NCBI GenBank assembly: GCA_040389125.1
Contig: JAZKAN010000001.1
Location: 111,398 to 175,397, forward strand
DNA length: 64,000 nt
Direction of reading: 5' to 3'
Origin: Patescibacteria group bacterium
Lineage (GTDB): Bacteria; Patescibacteriota; Minisyncoccia; Phycocordibacterales; DATDWN01
Each line of letters begins with the position of its first letter. Position 1 is the first letter of the stretch. Of the stretch, positions 34,067 to 43,375 are shown piece by piece. The notes beneath the pieces were generated by a model. The model was not told the origin of the DNA, did no database searches, and saw nothing but the letters and a program-made list of their open reading frames with translations. The position numbers and the translations under genes are program-made.

Positions 34067-34073
34067 ATTGGAT

Positions 34074-35051
34074 TTAGGAGTTATTCTTTTCGTTAAATTT
34101 ACGAAGAGAATCACTAGTTACGTTATTAATTACTCTGAGGAATTCACGCTCATGACTCCAGTTTTTGAAGCCCTTCTTCGCATCTTCCTCAGAACTCGAC
34201 CTTTGGGTGGCATCACCTTCTTCAGGTTCGCCGGTGATTTCTTCACCCCCAAGGTCAACTGTTTTGAGCAGTTCCTCCAAGGCGACGAGTGATCCTTTGA
34301 TTCCTGTGATTGCGTTTTCTATGTATCCTCGACTCTTTGCTGATATTGTTCGTCCCGACTTCATTCCTTTTTCTTCGTCGGTTTCTTTTGCTTTTGCAAC
34401 GCAGACAAGATTTCCCTCTCCATCGTCTTCAAGCACACCATCGGCTCCGTCATCAAGCGAGCAGACATCGCCTGCTTGCTGATCTGCTTTCTTTTCTTCT
34501 ACAAGCAGACCTTTTTGAATCATCTCGGCGCTATCAAGACTTGCTGTCTTCATGAGTGAGAGTGCCATCGGGTTGGCAGGGACCGGAACGAATGAGAACT
34601 CGAGCAATTCTGCTTTCGTGATCGTGTTGCCTTCCATTTCTTTTGCGATGAAGCCAACCGATGTACTTCGCAAAATCTTTGCATCGTATAAACGACGCAC
34701 TTGCTGAGCGAACGGATTGGCAGACTCGGGAGCAAATCGTCCGCTTGCCACGAGCTTGCCGTCTTTGATCTCGATTGAGTCAGTCACACCGATCGGCAAG
34801 CCTGTATAGTTGTGACCCCACAGGACGACTGGGTTATTTTTATAATGAGCAAGATCCCATCCGGCTTGGTTCACAATTTCGCCTTGGCGATCTTGGTCTG
34901 CCGTTGAGATGATCACTTCAAAGCGACCAGAATCTTCTTCGGCCGCTTTCATCTTCTCGAGAAATTCTTTTGTCTCAGGCGTATTTAAATAGCTGAGCAA
35001 TTTCTCGCTTATTTCTGCATTTATTCTGTTGAGTGTGTTTTGTGTATCCAT
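34074..35051 (-). CDS. Prohead protease, HK97 family (S78), with C-terminal scaffold-like extension
   Basis: DRQGEIVNQAGWDLAHYKNNPVVLWGHN ... STSVGF. Confidence 0.9.
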   Translation of the reverse strand: MDTQNTLNRINAEISEKLLSYLNTPETKEFLEKMKAAEEDSGRFEVIISTADQDRQGEIVNQAGWDLAHYKNNPVVLWGHNYTGLPIGVTDSIEIKDGKLVASGRFAPESANPFAQQVRRLYDAKILRSTSVGFIAKEMEGNTITKAELLEFSFVPVPANPMALSLMKTASLDSAEMIQKGLLVEEKKADQQAGDVCSLDDGADGVLEDDGEGNLVCVAKAKETDEEKGMKSGRTISAKSRGYIENAITGIKGSLVALEELLKTVDLGGEEITGEPEEGDATQRSSSEEDAKKGFKNWSHEREFLRVINNVTSDSLRKFNEKNNS

Positions 35052-35071
35052 AAAATTTGTAAGTTAATAAA

Positions 35072-37243
35072 TTATTCAATCGAGATGTCTTCCGGTCTGG
35101 TGTAGCACCGGCAGCTCACATGGAGCGGAGGACTTCCGACATCGTCATAGGTAATTGGTAACTTCGACCCATCGGTTCCTGTCGCCTCATCCCCTTTATC
35201 GAAGAAGTTGTCGTCAATGCCGATGGTCTTTCCATTCATCTCATCGCACCAAGGGCAGACTCCGTCATCCTCTGCGGTGTACCACTTGATTGTTTTCACC
35301 ACGCCCGACTGCTTCCACGCTTCTTTTGTTGAATCGTTCCCAATACGGAATGCTTCCGTTCGTGCGACCTGTGCCGCACGCACTTCATTGCTGTAGTCGT
35401 AGACCGCATTGAGCTTTTCGGTAAGCTCGGCGAGTGTCCATCCCTCGGTTTGTCCTTCTTGGAGAGTGTCGTGTAAAAGTGAGAGCGTTGTTTCGTTGTA
35501 ACTTTCAGACATCAGACTTACTGAACGATCAAGTGATCGCTTTGCTTCTGGTGTCATGCGGAAGTTGTCGTATCCAAGAAGCGAGCCTGCTTCTTTGCCT
35601 TCCTTTTCGTACAAATCGCTCAAGATAGGAGTTGAGAGATCGATTAAAATTCCCATCCATTTTTCTTTGTCGTACACATCAGCCACTGATACTTTTAAGC
35701 CGAGATTCTTCAGCACTTCCTCTTTCTGATCTGCATTGAATTTCTTTAATGTTTCGTGCAGGAGTTTTTCGTATGGAGTTACACGAGTTGCAAACGCTTT
35801 ATAGATCGGTGCGTAATCTGCATCTGAAAGCTCCTTGATGTTCTTGCATTTTGTTTCTTTGAGCTCGCTTACCGCTTTGTTTTGCTTTTCGAGCGACTCT
35901 GTTAGTTTCTTTGCGATTTCTTCGGAGATACTTTTTCTTGCACGATGATTCTTTGCGAATCGTGTTGATGGTTTCTTGTCAGGCTCCGTGCTTTTCTTCC
36001 CTAATCGCTTCACTGCTTTTGGTTTTGGTTTTCCAAGTGGGATCTTTGAAAAATCAGTCATCACACTGTCGCCTTTGTCTACACCATCCAAGCCGAAGTA
36101 TTCTTCTCGAGCTTCGTTGATACTAATGACCGGCTGAAGACCAACTGCGGCCTTCATTTCTTCTATGCGTTGAGCTCGATCTTCAGGGACCGGATCACTG
36201 AAATCGAGATACAGATTGTCACCGTAACGAGGCACAAGAAACTCATTGAGCTGTTGCACTATGAGTTCAAGTTTTGGTTTTACTGTTCGGGCTGCAAAGA
36301 CATAGTTTGAGGTTTCTGCAGTCGCACGATTTGTTTCTGACTCTGAGCTTCCGAGAATTGTTTTTGGTACACGGAATCCACTTAGGATCTTCTCTCGCAT
36401 GACTGACTGCATGTTGGCGAAGTCCATATCCTTTGGTGTACTACTTGCTTCGTCGTACTTCACACCTTTCGGGAGCACAGCTACTCGGTATGCATTACCT
36501 GCACCCTTATAAAGGTTTTCAAAAGAAGCACGAAGCACTTTCATTTGTGCATCGGTAATTGCTGTATCTGATGAAAGCAAACCACCAAGACGAGCACCAT
36601 TCTTGAAGTAGTTTAGATTTACGTCGTTTGCGAAGTTGTCGGTAAGGATCCAGTCGATGATCGCTTGCACCGTTCCAATACCTTGATATGGATCGTTCGG
36701 GTCAGGATATTTAAAGTGGAGAATTTCATGCTGTTGGAAAATCTGTGTCTCACCATTGATTGAGTATTTATAACCTTTGATAAATTCAGGTAGTTTTGCA
36801 GGAATTGGAATAGTATTCTTCGGACTTAGTACAAAGATTGCAGTCGGCTTATCCGTGTCACTCTTTACTCCATCCAACAACCAGTAGGAATTTCCTGCTA
36901 GCTCTAAGTGAGACGATGTGATGTATTTCAAATCGTAGCCAGTCTGGAAAGGATTCACTCCATCAAGCAAATCAAGAAGTTCATGATCAAATATTTCTTC
37001 GTGTGTTCCGTCTTTTGTAACTTGAAACAAACGAAATCTTTGTTTTGCAATTTCTTCAGCAATTGCACGCACACATCCATAAACCCAGCCGTTATAAAGT
37101 TCCATTGCTTTATCAACGGAAGTTTTTCGAGACTTCGACCAAATCATAAATGGATCCGCATCACCAATACCCGAAGCAAGCGACAGAGTGGTCGCTTTAC
37201 GTGAGAGTCCTATGATGTTTAATGCTTTGTCGAATATATTCAT
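35072..37243 (-). CDS. Portal protein fused to a MuF/SPP1 gp7-like head morphogenesis domain
   Basis: Portal-like N-terminal ~400 aa. C-terminal RTEAFRIGNDSTKEAW...WYTAEDDGVCPWCDEMNGK resembles MuF. The track start 37270 is GTG; ATG at 37243. Confidence 0.88.
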   Translation of the reverse strand: MNIFDKALNIIGLSRKATTLSLASGIGDADPFMIWSKSRKTSVDKAMELYNGWVYGCVRAIAEEIAKQRFRLFQVTKDGTHEEIFDHELLDLLDGVNPFQTGYDLKYITSSHLELAGNSYWLLDGVKSDTDKPTAIFVLSPKNTIPIPAKLPEFIKGYKYSINGETQIFQQHEILHFKYPDPNDPYQGIGTVQAIIDWILTDNFANDVNLNYFKNGARLGGLLSSDTAITDAQMKVLRASFENLYKGAGNAYRVAVLPKGVKYDEASSTPKDMDFANMQSVMREKILSGFRVPKTILGSSESETNRATAETSNYVFAARTVKPKLELIVQQLNEFLVPRYGDNLYLDFSDPVPEDRAQRIEEMKAAVGLQPVISINEAREEYFGLDGVDKGDSVMTDFSKIPLGKPKPKAVKRLGKKSTEPDKKPSTRFAKNHRARKSISEEIAKKLTESLEKQNKAVSELKETKCKNIKELSDADYAPIYKAFATRVTPYEKLLHETLKKFNADQKEEVLKNLGLKVSVADVYDKEKWMGILIDLSTPILSDLYEKEGKEAGSLLGYDNFRMTPEAKRSLDRSVSLMSESYNETTLSLLHDTLQEGQTEGWTLAELTEKLNAVYDYSNEVRAAQVARTEAFRIGNDSTKEAWKQSGVVKTIKWYTAEDDGVCPWCDEMNGKTIGIDDNFFDKGDEATGTDGSKLPITYDDVGSPPLHVSCRCYTRPEDISIE

Positions 37244-37245
37244 GC

Positions 37246-37312
37246 AAATAAAAAAGAGGGCTTGCGGCACGAGCTAATCTCTTTCGAGACGAATTCGTGT
37301 CACAAGTCCTCT
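37246..37312 (-). terminator. Large terminator-like hairpin with U-tract abutting the portal start codon
   Basis: An 18-position stem (15 WC pairs + 1 GU, 2 mismatches; 37255-37272 with 37295-37312) encloses UCUC-GAAA-GAGA. UUUUUUAUUU follows, ending 3 nt before the ATG. Confidence 0.55.
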
Positions 37313-37395
37313 TGGGTATCAAGTCAGACTGACCAACTAAATTTGAAAGGTACTACTAAAGTGTAGCGCGCACCGATTTTAAAGCGCAAGGCCTA

Positions 37396-37590
37396 CTACA
37401 GTGGAAAAACTCTAAACTCATCACTAGCTTCGGGCTTACGTTTTATCGTATATTCCGCCAGTGTTATTTTGCCATCTTGGATTTTAATCACTATCTCGCC
37501 CATTTTAATTTCCTCAGCAAGACGCATGATCTCTGCCCATTCAGGCGTGATTTGTTTTAGTACCTTTGGTTTTTGTGGTTGCTCGTTCAT
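37396..37590 (-). CDS. Small YezD/DUF2292-like protein
   Basis: GEIVIKIQDGKITLAEYTIKRK pattern. ATGA overlap with the terminase stop. Confidence 0.5.
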   Translation of the reverse strand: MNEQPQKPKVLKQITPEWAEIMRLAEEIKMGEIVIKIQDGKITLAEYTIKRKPEASDEFRVFPL

Positions 37591-39056
37591 ATAAGTCCTA
37601 TTACTTCAGGATTCTGCATACCTTGCTGTACGAGTCCGAGAATGAGGTACACGAATGCATCGACGAGGTCATCGTGTTCCTCTACTCCGAATCCAAGGAG
37701 TTGAATAATTAAGTCTTCGCATCCTTTTCTTGGAAAAACTATCGTTCCGTTTTGAATGTAAATTGCTATTGCCCTCAATCTCGCACGCTTGTCGCTACCT
37801 GCACGCATTGCAACTACAGGCAGGAGAGCTCGTTCCATTTCTTCTACGGCAGCTCTTTGATATTGAACGTCTTCTACAAAAAAGATTCCGAATGGGTTAG
37901 CAACTGCCATCGCCTTTGTTGTCTCCATTGTCTCGTGGAAAGAAAGTCGAGCGTTGATCGGGTTCGGCTTGATGTAAATCTTTGGGATGCCTTCTTTTAC
38001 AAAAGAAGTTCCCGACACCATTGAGGTATAGTCGGCTGTTTCTTTTTTTGAAATTGCGAGGTCTACTCCTGTACCCTGCAATCCTGTTTCTGCTTCAGGT
38101 GGTAGCTTGTCGTAGTATTTGATCCAGTCTTCATGCACATCGGCACCTTCTTCCGGCACCACCTTGAGCAGATACTCTCTTTGGTATGCATTCAGTCCGA
38201 CTTTGTCTCTTTGATGATCGAGAGCTTTCTGGTCGGGATACTTTCCAAGCCACGATATTTTTCCATTCTTAACCAGTGGATACTCTAGCTGTTTGAATGT
38301 CTTGTCTTTTTTCAAGCGAGCCATGAGTGCATCGGTGTGAAGTTGGTTTCCAATCACAACAAGTCTTCCAGTGCTTTCATCAATTGCAGGAATGACTTCA
38401 CCTTTTAACCATCGTTCTGTTTTGTCTCGATTTTCTTTTGTTCTCACCCACTCTAAGTCTTCAGGGTCGTCTACCACGATAAGTTTCGGACGGTGTTGAT
38501 TGTGTCGGAGTCCACGCACCTTCTGTCCTCGGGACCGAGCGAGAATGCGTACGCCGTTTGAAAGAAGCATGTTCTTTGCTTGCCATTCTTCTTCACTTTC
38601 AAGTGTCCAATCGGCTACAAACTCGCCCTTAGTATTTCCATAGTCCTGTTTAATAAGCGGATTGTTTTCCAGTTCGCTTTTAATATTGGCGATGTTCATG
38701 TTTGCTTGTACGCCTGTGTCTGCGATCGGAAGTATAAAGTTGTAGAGTTCTGGATATTCAAGTGCCGCCCACAAAGGCAGAGCGAGTGAACCGAATGTGC
38801 TTTTTGCACTTCCACGAAATCCAAGAATCTCAATCATCTTTTCTCTATGGTCACCTAGCGTGTTAAGCAATTCGGGATGAAATGATGCAGGTTCCTTGTC
38901 TAGGTAATGCGGAAGATACACGAGACAAAATCCAGTGAGAGTTTTTGCAAGAGAACGTCTGGTGTCGTAGTCGTCAAAGAAGTCGTTACTGCTCCACCAC
39001 TCGAGCTTTTGCTGATTCGGTTGTGAGGGTTGTTGGCTCTGCATGAGGAATGACAT
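37587..39056 (-). CDS. Terminase large subunit
   Basis: Walker A-like LGFRGSAKST, Walker B LIVVDDPED, C-terminal nuclease-like half. Position upstream of the portal gene. Confidence 0.9.
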   Translation of the reverse strand: MSFLMQSQQPSQPNQQKLEWWSSNDFFDDYDTRRSLAKTLTGFCLVYLPHYLDKEPASFHPELLNTLGDHREKMIEILGFRGSAKSTFGSLALPLWAALEYPELYNFILPIADTGVQANMNIANIKSELENNPLIKQDYGNTKGEFVADWTLESEEEWQAKNMLLSNGVRILARSRGQKVRGLRHNQHRPKLIVVDDPEDLEWVRTKENRDKTERWLKGEVIPAIDESTGRLVVIGNQLHTDALMARLKKDKTFKQLEYPLVKNGKISWLGKYPDQKALDHQRDKVGLNAYQREYLLKVVPEEGADVHEDWIKYYDKLPPEAETGLQGTGVDLAISKKETADYTSMVSGTSFVKEGIPKIYIKPNPINARLSFHETMETTKAMAVANPFGIFFVEDVQYQRAAVEEMERALLPVVAMRAGSDKRARLRAIAIYIQNGTIVFPRKGCEDLIIQLLGFGVEEHDDLVDAFVYLILGLVQQGMQNPEVIGLI

Positions 39057-39576
39057 CTTTTGGTACGATGCCCCAATTGATAAACGCTTTGAGCATCATT
39101 GTTTTTAATTCAGGCGGCAATGGTCTGCTACGCTTTTCGACCTCAAGCGTTCCAATGTGGCGTTCAAATATTCCGGCATCAAGTTGTGCGTTGAATATGA
39201 TTGAGTCGAGACGGATGATTGAGTTGATCGCATTGATCTGATCCTTATAGCTCGGTGGCATGAATCCTTCTTTTTTGAGATCGTCGGTGTAGTACACGAT
39301 TCGCCACAAGCGTTCAAGCATGAGGCGATATCTCTCTTTCATTTCGGTCACACGGTCTATAACTTTTTCTCGGTCTGTCTGTTCAATTGCGGTGCGATGC
39401 ACTTTCGCTTTTAGTTTGTGAATGTAGCGCCAATCAAGAGCATTGCCTGTTGCACTTTTGTATCCTTTCTCAAGCAATGCATCTTGCAATTTGGTAACAG
39501 AAATAAGCGGGTCAATGATTACGATGTCCCGTATTGCTCTTTTGATTTTTTCTTCTTGGACAGGTAATTTTTTCAT
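38986..39576 (-). CDS. Candidate terminase small subunit / DNA-binding protein
   Basis: Position only (directly upstream of the large subunit, overlapping it by 71 nt). Helical protein. Confidence 0.45.
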   Translation of the reverse strand: MKKLPVQEEKIKRAIRDIVIIDPLISVTKLQDALLEKGYKSATGNALDWRYIHKLKAKVHRTAIEQTDREKVIDRVTEMKERYRLMLERLWRIVYYTDDLKKEGFMPPSYKDQINAINSIIRLDSIIFNAQLDAGIFERHIGTLEVEKRSRPLPPELKTMMLKAFINWGIVPKDVIPHAEPTTLTTESAKARVVEQ

Positions 39577-39609
39577 ACCGGCTTATTCTGCGTTATTTTG
39601 AAACGAACC

Positions 39610-40614
39610 TTATTTTTCAAGGAAGAGTAATCTGACGATTCTGCGTATAACGTTGACCGTGACAGCATTGCCTAGACAACGATAGCGCGCAGTATCACTC
39701 ACTCCTTCCGTCCATTTGTCAGGAAACCCCTGCAAGCGCTCACACTCAGTTGGCGTAAGACGACGGATTGAAATGCCGTCAAATACCCCATGCTTGTCTT
39801 GTGCTGTCAAAGTGAAGCTAGGTTCGTTATTTCCCTTCACTCGCCTTCCATTCTGTCGTTTGTGCAAACGATCGGGAGTAAGCACCGGAATGGCGTACAG
39901 CCCTGTTTTAGCCCCTACGCCCCCTGCTTGGCTTGCGAGGGTGGTTGATATTCCCTTCGGATCATAGACTCGGTAGCCTTGGGACCCGCCCGATAACTGC
40001 ACGAGATCCCATGCGTGCTTTTTGCTTAAGCTGCCCCGACCGCCAGTTCGGATCGTATTTGAGACATTAGTCTCTTTGTTAGTTTTGGTGAGAGGAAATA
40101 TTTTCGGTCTACGTCCTTCTCTAAGATGTCCGATAATGAACACCCTTTCTCTGTTTTGCGGTACGCCGAAGTTTTTACTGTTAAGCAACTGCCACTGTAC
40201 GTCATACCCCAATCCATCCAACGTGCGGATGATGGTTTTGAAAGTATTCCCTTTGTCGTGAGATAGCAGGCCTTTGACATTCTCAAGAAGTAGATACCGT
40301 GGTTGTTTGCATTTGGCGATTCTTGCAATATCAAAGAAAAGAGTGCCGCGCGTGTCCTGAAATCCTTGCCTTCGTCCAGCGATAGAAAAAGCCTGACAAG
40401 GAAATCCTCCAACAAGCACGTCAAAGTCGGGGAGACTTTTTGCTTTGATTTTTTTAACGTTACCGAAGTTTTTATGTTTGAAGTGTTTTTCATAAATCTT
40501 TATTGCATGCTTATCAATCTCGCTGTAGCCGACACATTCCCATTTGTTTTTTGTTGCGACTTTGATTCCGAGTTCAAATCCGCCGATGCCGGAAAATAAG
40601 CTGAGATATTTCAT
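39610..40614 (-). CDS. DNA (cytosine-5)-methyltransferase
   Basis: LSLFSGIGGFELG, GGFPCQAFSIAGRRQG, ENVKGL, QNRERVFIIG. The ATG at 40614 forms an ATGA overlap with the upstream stop (the track start 40641 is also ATG). Confidence 0.95.
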   Translation of the reverse strand: MKYLSLFSGIGGFELGIKVATKNKWECVGYSEIDKHAIKIYEKHFKHKNFGNVKKIKAKSLPDFDVLVGGFPCQAFSIAGRRQGFQDTRGTLFFDIARIAKCKQPRYLLLENVKGLLSHDKGNTFKTIIRTLDGLGYDVQWQLLNSKNFGVPQNRERVFIIGHLREGRRPKIFPLTKTNKETNVSNTIRTGGRGSLSKKHAWDLVQLSGGSQGYRVYDPKGISTTLASQAGGVGAKTGLYAIPVLTPDRLHKRQNGRRVKGNNEPSFTLTAQDKHGVFDGISIRRLTPTECERLQGFPDKWTEGVSDTARYRCLGNAVTVNVIRRIVRLLFLEK

Positions 40615-41894
40615 TGTTGTATTCTGCTGATTCGTTCCCATCTATCACGAATGACATCGCAAAATTTAGGATCGAGCTCAATCATGTATGCTCGCCGACC
40701 GACCTTTTCGGCTGCCGTCATCGTGCTGCCTGATCCTGCGAATGGGTCGAGTACGATGTCGTTTCTTTTAGTAGAGTTTCGCAATGCTCGCATAGCAAGC
40801 CAGTCTGGTTTTTCTGTCGGATGCAGATAGCGAGCTGTTGCCTTGCGTGGCATTTCCCAGACATCATATTCACCGTCACCAAAGAACATATGAGTGCCTG
40901 TCTTCCAACCGTATATGATGCTTTCTGCAGTCTTTGGATCTGGCTTTGTCGCTTTTGCAATCCACTCATGCTTGTAGCGGTAGTCATTCCATCCCATACT
41001 TGGAACATTTTTTACCCAGATGATCACTCCAGAATGTCGGAATCCGTTTTTGAGCATACTCTGAAGAAATTGAGGGTACGAACTCCATCCAGAACAGATA
41101 TAAAACGAGCCGCCTTCTTTGGTATGCATGATCATCGCTTCAAATGCCCCATCGATGAAAGCTCGAAACTCATCGGGAGTCATGTTGTCGTTTTTGATTT
41201 TCTCAAGTTCTTCGCTCTTTAGCTTTTCTCCGCGCGAGTGATAGTTCACGTTGTATGGTGGATCCGTGAATATCATGTCTGCCTTTTCCTTACCGAGAAG
41301 AGTGCGGTAAGTTTCGGGATCAGTTGAGTCGCCGCAAATAAGTCGGTGTGAGCCGAGCTCGTATATTTCACCAAGCTTTGAACGAGGTTCTTTTGTATCG
41401 TCGATCGCTTCATCATCCTCTTTGTCATCCTGTAAAGTCTGATCGAGAATTCTGCTGATCTCATCTTCCCTGAAACCTGATGCAGGAATATGTGGATCTT
41501 CCTTGAGAGCGACAATTATTGCAGAGAGCTTTTCTTCGTCCCACTTTCCTTTAATTTTATTTAATGCCAAGTTTAGAAGTTTTTCATCTTCCAGTGACAA
41601 GTCCACGAACGATACTGGGACCGAGTAGATACCTTTTTCTTCCGATTCAACGATACCCTTTGGAATTACACCGCTTGCGATTATTGACTCCAGTGCTGAG
41701 AGTCTTTGATGTCCGCCCACGAGCACGCCATAGCGTTCTTTGTTTTGGTTCACGACTATCGGCTCTACGAAGCCGAATGTCTTTATGCTCGTTTTGAGTG
41801 CCGCCATTTCAGAATCCGGCATGATTCTCGGATTGTAATCGGCACGCTTGAGATCACTGAGTTTAATTGTCGTCTGCATATTTTGCCTCGTCAT
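40611..41894 (-). CDS. ParB-like nuclease domain fused to an N4/N6 DNA methyltransferase
   Basis: ParB N-domain (YNPRIM...VGGHQRLSAL). MIFTDPPYNV, then HPTEKPDWL...VLDPFAGSGST. Confidence 0.92.
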   Translation of the reverse strand: MTRQNMQTTIKLSDLKRADYNPRIMPDSEMAALKTSIKTFGFVEPIVVNQNKERYGVLVGGHQRLSALESIIASGVIPKGIVESEEKGIYSVPVSFVDLSLEDEKLLNLALNKIKGKWDEEKLSAIIVALKEDPHIPASGFREDEISRILDQTLQDDKEDDEAIDDTKEPRSKLGEIYELGSHRLICGDSTDPETYRTLLGKEKADMIFTDPPYNVNYHSRGEKLKSEELEKIKNDNMTPDEFRAFIDGAFEAMIMHTKEGGSFYICSGWSSYPQFLQSMLKNGFRHSGVIIWVKNVPSMGWNDYRYKHEWIAKATKPDPKTAESIIYGWKTGTHMFFGDGEYDVWEMPRKATARYLHPTEKPDWLAMRALRNSTKRNDIVLDPFAGSGSTMTAAEKVGRRAYMIELDPKFCDVIRDRWERISRIQQ

Positions 41895-42249
41895 AGACGA
41901 ATGTTTTGCTAAACTCGACCCTCTCTTTTAGACCCTTTATTTTTTCTTTATCTTTTCTTATGCTTTCGTTTATCAGACTCATTGTTTCGTCGCAGCTCAC
42001 AATGAATTCTTCAGCCTTTGCGATCTTCCCTTCCAATTCTTTGCGTTTGGTGCGAGTTACTTTGGTGGTGTCTTTTGGATCAATTGTCTTTATATCTTCC
42101 TTCAGCTGATCCAACTCTTTGAACTTTTCATCTTGGAGTTTTTTTACTGCAGGAATCTTTGTCTGGTCGAATTCAAGGTTTACCTGCTTTCGCCAGATCT
42201 GCTCGTTCAGCTCGTCGATAAACTTTTCTTTGTATTGCTCGGTATTCAT
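41863..42249 (-). CDS. Coiled-coil hypothetical protein
   Basis: K/E-rich helical 128-aa ORF. No motif. Confidence 0.5.
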   Translation of the reverse strand: MNTEQYKEKFIDELNEQIWRKQVNLEFDQTKIPAVKKLQDEKFKELDQLKEDIKTIDPKDTTKVTRTKRKELEGKIAKAEEFIVSCDETMSLINESIRKDKEKIKGLKERVEFSKTFVYDEAKYADDN

Positions 42250-42251
42250 AT

Positions 42252-42665
42252 TTAAATATTTACGGTTATTTCAACTTCGACTCGACCTTTTCCTTCCGGT
42301 GAATAATGGGTTTCAAAACTGCCATCAAGAAACTTATCATTCTTGAAAAGCGCGTCAGCAATTCCTTTGAAGATGTTGTCGGGATCTCCGTGGATTCCGT
42401 TGCGCCAGTAGATGCGGATGTCCATGCGAGCTTTTTCGCCGGAACTTGTGGTGAGCGGCTGAAGCTCAGTGAGAAGCGTGTTTGCCGCACGCATGAGATA
42501 TTCGGGATAGTCTTTGTAGAAAACCCTTCGCACAAAACTTTTCCATCCGTTGTACCTTTTCGCTTCTGGAAGCCAGAGCGCTCTTTTGACAACTCGTACA
42601 TACGGGACCGGATTGCCATGTATGTCGTCTTGATTGCCATTGAGAACAAATGCAATTTTTTTCAT
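42252..42665 (-). CDS. rusA: RusA-family Holliday junction resolvase
   Basis: GDPDNIFKGIADALFKN matches the RusA D-x-DN-x-x-K-x-x-x-D-x-L motif. Confidence 0.78.
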   Translation of the reverse strand: MKKIAFVLNGNQDDIHGNPVPYVRVVKRALWLPEAKRYNGWKSFVRRVFYKDYPEYLMRAANTLLTELQPLTTSSGEKARMDIRIYWRNGIHGDPDNIFKGIADALFKNDKFLDGSFETHYSPEGKGRVEVEITVNI

Positions 42666-42671
42666 TTCTTT

Positions 42672-43223
42672 TTAGTGGTTATTTGGTCTGTTAATACTCA
42701 TCCTTTTTGCAAGGTCTTTGATCTTTTCTCCGTAGTTATCCCCAGAAAAATCATTAATTTTTCTAAAACTAGGTTTCTCTTTTTTCTCTAGGTTTTGTGT
42801 GTTAACTCTCTTAACCACTTTTGGTAAAGAGGATTTACCACTTCTGGTTAACTCTCTTAACTGGTTAATTTCGTTTACTACTTTATCCACATCCATATTC
42901 AGGTTGAGCTTGTACCTGTTTCCTTTGGATCTTTGCTGCACAAAAATCACACCGACTTTGATGAGATTTTGAAGTGCGGCATTTACGGAAGGACGAGACA
43001 AACCAGTACCAAAATCGAGCCGTCTACCCTGACTTGTTTTGATGCCGTGTTCGAATTGAGAGAAGCTGATGTTGTCTTCGTCCTTATGGAATCCGAATGT
43101 GCGTCTGCAAATGTAAAGCAGGCATCTCGCTTCCGCTTCTGATATGCGCGGAAGAACAAGATCCAAAATTACATTTGGAATTTGTGAGCTGTTTGGTATT
43201 AAGTTGTGTTTGTGTTCATCCAT
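42672..43223 (-). CDS. Replication protein O-like (N-terminal wHTH) protein
   Basis: ARCLLYICRRTFGFHKDEDNISFSQFEH...TGLSRPSVNAALQNLIKVGVI. Confidence 0.75.
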   Translation of the reverse strand: MDEHKHNLIPNSSQIPNVILDLVLPRISEAEARCLLYICRRTFGFHKDEDNISFSQFEHGIKTSQGRRLDFGTGLSRPSVNAALQNLIKVGVIFVQQRSKGNRYKLNLNMDVDKVVNEINQLRELTRSGKSSLPKVVKRVNTQNLEKKEKPSFRKINDFSGDNYGEKIKDLAKRMSINRPNNH

Positions 43224-43375
43224 AATGTCTTGAAGAGAGAAAGCATCGATGTAATATCGATGTCTTTTCTCTCTTTGTTTGTTGGCTCGACCTTTCAGGG
43301 CGGCCTATCGGGGTTAGCCCCCGATCTCAGCCCTCATGCCACTGCGATCAGGGCTGAGTCAGTGGCTAAGCTTTT
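43224..43375 (-). other. GC-rich, densely structured intergenic region (candidate ori / nut-like / ncRNA)
   Basis: Hairpins at 43234-43274 and 43307-43325. Interleaved 7-bp pairings 43328-34/43350-56 and 43338-44/43360-66 give a pseudoknot topology. Confidence 0.5.

Noticed and set aside
40026-40493. 155-aa minus-strand ORF within the C5-methyltransferase gene
   Set aside because: It is an alternate frame of a gene whose main frame carries all the canonical C5-MTase motifs.
43338-43366. GCCACTG string reminiscent of the cobalamin riboswitch B12-box end
   Set aside because: It is an isolated 7-mer that simply pairs with cagtggc 16 nt downstream. No other B12 riboswitch elements are present, and there is no relevant downstream gene.
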